Below are positions 1-5,050 of a stretch of 8,948 nt of DNA, in pieces; the stretch's first letter is position 1, and each line of letters begins with the position of its first letter. Made by a program: the position numbers and the translations under genes. Under the pieces are notes generated by a model, which worked only from the letters and a program-made list of their open reading frames with translations, ran no database searches and had not been told where the DNA came from. This DNA comes from Candidatus Odinarchaeota archaeon (GTDB lineage: Archaea; Asgardarchaeota; Odinarchaeia; Odinarchaeales; Odinarchaeaceae), in assembly GCA_038826135.1 (NCBI GenBank), contig JAWBON010000048.1, forward strand, positions 1 through 8,948. The letters are read 5' to 3'.

Positions 1-420
1 ATGAACTAGGAACGGGGAGTGGTCTATGCCAGGCCCGTGTTCATATACGGCGAAGTCTGCTCCAAACTTAAGCCCTGGTCTTACCACGTATCCTCTTCTC
101 CTGAGGTCTAAGTAAACTACGAGTTTATCTGTAAAATTATCATATAATGTAGAGGCTATATGTTTAAAATCCTCTAAACTTATAGGCGAATTATTCTCGC
201 CGAATAAATCTATCTTCTTTTCCTGAAGTAGATATGCTGTTTCAAGCACGGATAGTTCAAGCGGGCGGTCGAACTCCGGTACCTTAGGTTTCCTTATACC
301 CACCGGTTTTCCGAAGAAACCATTTTTATAAAGATAGGAACCCGCCTTAGGATCCCATATTATTACTCTATTGGTGAGGAGTTGAGCTTTTATTGGTAAT
401 TCTACTTTATCCTCTTCCAT
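1..420 (-). CDS. endA: tRNA-splicing endonuclease (tRNA-intron lyase), catalytic alpha subunit; partial, runs off the window start
   Basis: Manual translation of the reverse complement from ATG 420-418 is open for 140 codons: MEEDKVELPIKAQLLTNRVIIWDPKAGSYLYKNGFFGKPVGIRKPKVPEFDRPLELSVLETAYLLQEKKIDLF...VVYLDLRRRGYVVRPGLKFGADFAVYEHGPGIDHSPFLVH. It has the EndA signatures L.LS..E..YL, Y.DLR.RGY.V..G.KFG.DF..Y and catalytic Tyr126/His134. The catalytic Lys lies beyond the window. A purine-rich AGGGA precedes the ATG. Absent from the ORF track because the stop is outside the window. Confidence 0.96.
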   Translation of the reverse strand, partial: MEEDKVELPIKAQLLTNRVIIWDPKAGSYLYKNGFFGKPVGIRKPKVPEFDRPLELSVLETAYLLQEKKIDLFGENNSPISLEDFKHIASTLYDNFTDKLVVYLDLRRRGYVVRPGLKFGADFAVYEHGPGIDHSPFLVH

Positions 421-435
421 ATTGTTCCCTGATTT

Positions 436-1113
436 TCATTGTCTAATAGACATAGTTAGTATTCTAACCATGTCAGCTGAGGATTTAATTTGATCCGAGG
501 TTTCCTCAAGCTGCTCTATAATATTTGAAATCTTATACATCTTCTTATAATCATTTATCACTTCTAATATATCCTTCATTAAAGCCCTGTGAATAGTATC
601 TGTCTGCTCTTCAGTTTCATCCACCTGTTTCGATAATTGAGCTGCTTTGTCAATATTTTGTTCGAGCGCTATTATGCACTCTCTTAATTTATCCATCGTC
701 TCAACAACAGTTTCCATCATCTTCTTAAAGTCGCGCATAATGCTGGCTGGTAAATCCATGTTACCCGCGATGCTTATCTTATAGGCTACAGCTTCAACAT
801 TGTCAGCGATCATATCGGTCTCTATCACAAGCCGCATAAGATCTTCTCTACATATCAATGTGGTAGCGTTAGATAATTCGTCTAGAAGGCTCCATTTTAT
901 AGTGTTCGCCTCTTTCTCAAACTTTGAGATTTTACTGTGGTGTTCGCGAACTTGGTTTACATCGCCAACTATCCAGTCATCTAATAGAAGGCTCAGCTCT
1001 TTAATAGCTGACGAGATAACTCGCGCGTGATCCTGGGATATATAGAGCGCTTTTCGCTCGACACTTCTAGCTGTTTCATTATTATTAATCATCGCCATGT
1101 TCTTGGTCCCCAA
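436..1113 (-). CDS. DUF47 family protein (PhoU-like putative phosphate transport regulator)
   Basis: 225-aa all-helical ORF with the DUF47 pattern: I...E.EA..IK..L...L, REDL.RL....D.IAD..E..A, then a second repeat V...E...D..HR.L...I and E.LE..SD.....AD. The track start is TTG 1113; ATG 1098 is an alternative. The stop TGA (438-436) is 15 nt before the endA ATG. Confidence 0.88.
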   Translation of the reverse strand: MGTKNMAMINNNETARSVERKALYISQDHARVISSAIKELSLLLDDWIVGDVNQVREHHSKISKFEKEANTIKWSLLDELSNATTLICREDLMRLVIETDMIADNVEAVAYKISIAGNMDLPASIMRDFKKMMETVVETMDKLRECIIALEQNIDKAAQLSKQVDETEEQTDTIHRALMKDILEVINDYKKMYKISNIIEQLEETSDQIKSSADMVRILTMSIRQ

Positions 1114-1139
1114 TTATATTTCTATTGTTGTGTAATAAG

Positions 1140-1160
1140 CGAATATTTATAAACTATTCG
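1140..1160 (-). promoter_or_regulatory. Probable TATA box (TTTATAAA, 1146-1153) for the DUF47-endA unit, embedded in a near-perfect palindrome
   Basis: The sequence is CGAATA-TTTATAAA-C-TATTCG. The TATA lies 32 nt upstream of TTG 1113. On the minus strand it is preceded by the BRE-like CGAATAG. Confidence 0.55.
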
Positions 1161-1244
1161 AGTGACTGTTTTACCCTCTTGAAAAACTTTACTGTTTCAA
1201 AGACAAAGCTTCTCACAACAAAGTTAAATTAAAACTTAAATATT

Positions 1245-1252
1245 TTTATATA
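1245..1252 (+). promoter_or_regulatory. Probable TATA box for the uppP-dedA fusion gene
   Basis: TTTATATA at 1245-1252 follows an A-rich tract. It ends 27 nt before ATG 1280, which fits a leaderless or near-leaderless archaeal transcript. Confidence 0.5.
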
Positions 1253-1270
1253 TTTCTATAGAATAAAAAG

Positions 1271-2743
1271 TTGAATTATATGTGGTTTCTACTAATATTA
1301 GCGTTAGTTCAAGGGTTAATAGAGTGGTTACCTATCTCATCTCAGGGCCAGTTAATTTTATTACTACAAGCTGCTGGGGGATTAGACGCCTCTACCCTGC
1401 TTTCCATATCCATATGGCTGCATCTAGGCACATTAATAGCTGTTCTAGTATACTATCGCAGGGACTATATTAGTATTCTAAAACCATCCGGGAACGATGA
1501 TAAGTTAACGAGAATGTTTATGGTAACCGCTACAGTGGCTACCGGAGTTGTGGCGGTTCCTATCTATCTCTTTTTAAAAAACTCCTTCCCGTTTATTGTA
1601 GGGGATTTTTTAACATTGATCACGGGTATTCTTCTAATATTAACCGGTGTTATTATTCACTTAACTAAGCGTAAAATAGGTGTGAAAGAGATAGGCTCGC
1701 TATCAATAGTAGACGCGCTTATAGTCGGTCTTGTGCAAGGTTTTGCAATACTGCCGGGTATAAGCAGATCCGGTGTAACGATCGCCGCGCTTCTATGGTT
1801 AGGGTATAAGAATCAGAACGCTTTGAAACTTAGTTTTTTAATAAGTGCTCCTGCTGTGATAGGCGCCGTATCAATTGACGCTGTAAGCTACCCCGCCGTC
1901 ATCGCAGATATACCTGTATATATTTTAATATTAGCGTTGATTATAACCGCTATTATAGGTTTTTTAACAATTAAATACTTCACAAAACTCTCGCAGAAAA
2001 TCAACTTCTCCTATTTTTGTATATTTCTAGGCCTTATAATAACTCTAATACTAGGTCCTTTAATACTGTTAGGCGACTCTCTTAGCCTTATATCCTCTAT
2101 CAGCGATGGGTTTATCTGGATTTACAATGCCTTGAGAGATATTGTTTTAATTATAGGACCAGCTGGTCTATTTCTAGTAATGATTGTTCAAGCTGTTTTA
2201 GCCCCAATACCATCAGAGGGTATATTAATCTTAGCAGGTGGCGCTTTCACAATTTCATACGGTTTCCCCACTGGTATATTAATCGCTGTGTTATCAAGCG
2301 GCTTCGGTGGAATTTCAGGGGCTATTTTAAGTTACTTCATATCTAAAGTCGGTGGCAGACCTATAGTTAAAAAACTTTTAAGCGAAAAAACCCTCGCATC
2401 CGCTGATAACTGGTTTAAAAAATACGGAGGATGGGCTGTACTCGTAGGGCGGCTTATCCCGTTTATACCATTCGACGCCATATCTTATGGGGCTGGTCTG
2501 ACAAAAATGAAAACATCATCGTTTATACTAGCCACTGTAATAGGGATCTTCCCACGATCTTTCCTGTACACTTATATCGGATATCTTATTGAGAATTCAC
2601 TGTCAACAGGAAACCTTGAACCTTTCTATATAATTATTATGAGCGTTATAGCTTTAGCAATCCTGCTAGTTTTTCTCTATAAGCACTACTTTATTGATAA
2701 ACGAAGCAGGTCTAATATAGACGCTTCAGTTAACATTTTTTAG
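1271..2743 (+). CDS. uppP: Fusion membrane protein: N-terminal BacA/UppP polyprenyl-diphosphate phosphatase plus C-terminal DedA/VTT (SNARE_assoc; TVP38/TMEM41-like) domain
   Basis: One uninterrupted 490-codon ORF; the likely start is ATG 1280. Residues ~4-260 carry the BacA motifs QGLIEWLPISS.G, HLGTL.A, Q..A.LPGISRSG.T and SFL.S.P. Residues ~293-440 carry the DedA motifs PIPSE..L..GG, G....Y..S..GGRP, WF.KYG..AV..GRLIP..PFD.ISY.AG.T.M and F..AT.IG..P. Confidence 0.92.
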   Translation: MNYMWFLLILALVQGLIEWLPISSQGQLILLLQAAGGLDASTLLSISIWLHLGTLIAVLVYYRRDYISILKPSGNDDKLTRMFMVTATVATGVVAVPIYLFLKNSFPFIVGDFLTLITGILLILTGVIIHLTKRKIGVKEIGSLSIVDALIVGLVQGFAILPGISRSGVTIAALLWLGYKNQNALKLSFLISAPAVIGAVSIDAVSYPAVIADIPVYILILALIITAIIGFLTIKYFTKLSQKINFSYFCIFLGLIITLILGPLILLGDSLSLISSISDGFIWIYNALRDIVLIIGPAGLFLVMIVQAVLAPIPSEGILILAGGAFTISYGFPTGILIAVLSSGFGGISGAILSYFISKVGGRPIVKKLLSEKTLASADNWFKKYGGWAVLVGRLIPFIPFDAISYGAGLTKMKTSSFILATVIGIFPRSFLYTYIGYLIENSLSTGNLEPFYIIIMSVIALAILLVFLYKHYFIDKRSRSNIDASVNIF

Positions 2744-3731
2744 GAGGTAGACCCGACCTGCTTGCCTCACATGCGAAAGGCTCTAAATTATACCAGCTAA
2801 CCTCGTACCGGCTCGGGAAAGAGTTTGATCTAATGAAAAAAGCGTGCGGCGTCTCTCTGTCTTTACTTGCAGACAGGCACTCTAAGCAAACTCTCTTTAA
2901 CTCCTCCCTATCAGTTGAATTTGAGATTAACTGTTCAAAAGAGTATGTTTTATCATACCATTCAAAAACTAATTTATCCCCTCTCTCAGTTACACTCCGT
3001 ATAAGATTCCAAGGCCAAAAAGTACTCATCTGATGTAGAATACTTGGATTATCTTCACTGAAAAACTGGGCGATACCTTCTTTGAATATGTGAATTTTAG
3101 GAGGAGCGCTCTCCTCTTTTCTAGGAATATACCGCTCATACTTGTCACGGACCGGTCGCATAAAACTACTACCCTTAATCCAGTCAAGTAAGTTAACCTG
3201 ATATTCATAGATTTTCTCGCACACGTTCATAATATATTTAACAGCTGCTAAATTACCGTAGTGCGTTACTCCACTTAACTGCGGCCTACCAGTCTTCTTA
3301 AATAGAATTTCCCCAACTTTTTTAACATCATCTAAAGGTATGAAAACATCAATAGCATACCACTCTGTTTCATCCGTTGTAAATCCGAATAAGAATACTT
3401 CCCCTAGATTATAAGCCCCCCTTTCACCTATATTTAAAGGATATGATGATCTATCTGTTTTAACGCTGACAGGTAAAACTTCATAAGCTTTAATTTTATC
3501 ATAGCAAATTAGAAGCTTATGGTAAACCGTTTCTCTAAACCGCTTCTTCTCAGGTATGCTCACTTCAGCTATATTACTTCCTAATAATATTTTTCTAGGA
3601 GGCTTGAAAAACATCTCACGACAGTTATATAATATTTCACCAGGCTCCGTCTCCTCCTCTGAATCGAAAATGGAGAACACTTCCTCAAGCTCGTTATCTT
3701 CAAAAATCTTTTCCCCTTCATCTTCACCCAT
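2730..3731 (-). CDS. Hypothetical soluble protein, 333 aa; acidic N-terminus and possibly two PH-like domains
   Basis: Long ORF from ATG 3731 to TAA 2732-2730 with globular composition, filling the space between neighbouring genes. Its 3' end overlaps the convergent fusion gene by 14 nt. No family recognised with certainty. Confidence 0.8.
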   Translation of the reverse strand: MGEDEGEKIFEDNELEEVFSIFDSEEETEPGEILYNCREMFFKPPRKILLGSNIAEVSIPEKKRFRETVYHKLLICYDKIKAYEVLPVSVKTDRSSYPLNIGERGAYNLGEVFLFGFTTDETEWYAIDVFIPLDDVKKVGEILFKKTGRPQLSGVTHYGNLAAVKYIMNVCEKIYEYQVNLLDWIKGSSFMRPVRDKYERYIPRKEESAPPKIHIFKEGIAQFFSEDNPSILHQMSTFWPWNLIRSVTERGDKLVFEWYDKTYSFEQLISNSTDREELKRVCLECLSASKDRETPHAFFIRSNSFPSRYEVSWYNLEPFACEASRSGLPPKKC

Positions 3732-3805
3732 TCAACAGCACCCGCTCAAAATAGTTAGTGATCGTTAATTTAAGGTTAAGTATAAGTTTAGATATATATT
3801 CTTAT

Positions 3806-3810
3806 GGTGA
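3806..3810 (+). promoter_or_regulatory. Shine-Dalgarno-like GGTGA
   Basis: GGTGA ends 9 nt before ATG 3820 and matches the archaeal anti-SD complement. Confidence 0.55.
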
Positions 3811-3819
3811 GCGTTAAAA

Positions 3820-4944
3820 ATGATAGAGTTTTCTGAAAAAAACTTTGTTCAAGAGATTCTTAAGGCTTTTCACAAATTTTTAAGAGAGTATTTTAAAGGC
3901 GTGAATATAATCTTTAAGATTAGTAAGCTTCCGCTTAAAACCTACATGTTAACCTTTGATAATGTAAGAATAGATATAAAAATGAAAAGAGTGAAGGCTG
4001 CTGAAGACAGCTTATACTGGATTACGCTGAGCGCTCCTAAACACTATCAGATAAATATAAACGATTCTGTATTTGAACCCGATAAATTTTCTGAAATAGT
4101 TAGAATAGGCTATGAGAACGGGCTTAGAACAGGTAACCTGTTAAAAATAATAAAATACTTCGCGGAAACATGTGTTTTAACGATTATAATGAGGTTGATG
4201 TCAAATTACGGACTAGCTGAAGAAAACTATAACGTTAAAATCTCGAAATTAATATATCGATTAGAAGACTCGCCTTTTATGAGAGACAGGATTAAGAGAC
4301 TGGTTGATTTTTTAAAAACCATAGGCCACCCCTCATTCAAAGATTTAACTGATATAGAGAGCGTTAGGTTAGGTCTCATTCAAGGGCTGACATTGAAAAA
4401 CTTTAATGTTGAAGTTATAGGAGATATTGACAGTTTAAAAAGGATACTTAAACAATGGTTTGGTATTCTACAGGAGAGTGAGACAGCTGAGCTAAGTGAA
4501 CAATCATACTATATGATCTATGATTTTAGAAGCCTAATATTAGAGAATGAACTTATAAAAGCTGTAAGCAGAGTTGTTGGTAGAATAACACCGGAAACAG
4601 AAATTAAGAGGATCCTTCTTCAACCATCACTTATAGGACTCTATAAAATGTTTCTTAAAAAAGACCCGCCTCTTAAAAACTCATATACTAAGATATCAAC
4701 CCAGTTAAACGAGTTTCAACTTAAAAAACTGTTAAAAGAACTCAGATATATGAAAATCCAGGAGAGAAAATATAACAGGTTAATAATGATAAAAGATTTA
4801 ACCGCCGGTTTAACGGATGATGAGGAAATAAACCATTATATTAACCAGCTTCACAACTTTAATAGATTAAAATACGATGAAATAGTGAATAAGACAGTAG
4901 AGTACGCTTTAACAAAGAATATTATTCGTAATATAATTCTTTAA
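3820..4944 (+). CDS. Hypothetical protein, 374 aa, Lys/Ile/Leu-rich, predicted mostly helical
   Basis: 1125-nt ORF with ATG, an upstream GGTGA and a TAA stop. It is divergent from the 333-aa gene across an 88-nt AT-rich spacer. No recognisable motif. Confidence 0.8.
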   Translation: MIEFSEKNFVQEILKAFHKFLREYFKGVNIIFKISKLPLKTYMLTFDNVRIDIKMKRVKAAEDSLYWITLSAPKHYQININDSVFEPDKFSEIVRIGYENGLRTGNLLKIIKYFAETCVLTIIMRLMSNYGLAEENYNVKISKLIYRLEDSPFMRDRIKRLVDFLKTIGHPSFKDLTDIESVRLGLIQGLTLKNFNVEVIGDIDSLKRILKQWFGILQESETAELSEQSYYMIYDFRSLILENELIKAVSRVVGRITPETEIKRILLQPSLIGLYKMFLKKDPPLKNSYTKISTQLNEFQLKKLLKELRYMKIQERKYNRLIMIKDLTAGLTDDEEINHYINQLHNFNRLKYDEIVNKTVEYALTKNIIRNIIL

Positions 4945-5009
4945 ACATTAACTGTTTAAAAAGCTTAAACGTAATAGTTAAAATATATCAAAAATCCTTA
5001 TTAAACAGT
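4941..5009. repeat. Cluster of TTAAAC half-sites forming short inverted repeats
   Basis: TTAAACA (4941-4947) pairs with TGTTTAA (4953-4959). GTTTAA (4954-4959) pairs with TTAAAC (4965-4970). ACTGTTTAA (4951-4959) pairs with TTAAACAGT (5001-5009). Confidence 0.35.
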
Positions 5010-5050
5010 GGATTAAATACGGTTTATGACCGCTCAATACCCGGTAGGTT

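Noticed and set aside
250-300. GC-rich stretch with GTTCAA/GTCGAA resembling a tRNA T-loop
   Set aside because: No cloverleaf can be built, and it encodes the conserved EndA loop on the minus strand.
800-1030. 76-aa + strand ORF
   Set aside because: Lies wholly antisense within the DUF47 gene and has no motif; a shadow ORF.
1282-1473. 63-aa alternative-frame ORF
   Set aside because: Nested in the well-supported UppP domain, with no independent signals.
2730-2750. C-terminal PPKKC of the 333-aa protein as a possible lipidation signal
   Set aside because: Does not fit CaaX, CC or CxC, and these codons are constrained by the overlapping convergent gene.
2833-3768. Short ORFs 2833-3033 (+), 3026-3208 (-) and 3556-3768 (+)
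   Set aside because: All overlap the 333-aa gene. The Ser-rich 3556-3768 product is the antisense reading of its acidic codons.
3742-5037. CCGCTCAA at 3742-3749 and 5030-5037, plus the CGCTCA/TGAGCG inverted pair at 3743-3748 and 3808-3813
   Set aside because: Only 6-8 bp, inconsistent orientation relative to the starts, and one copy overlaps the SD; compatible with chance.
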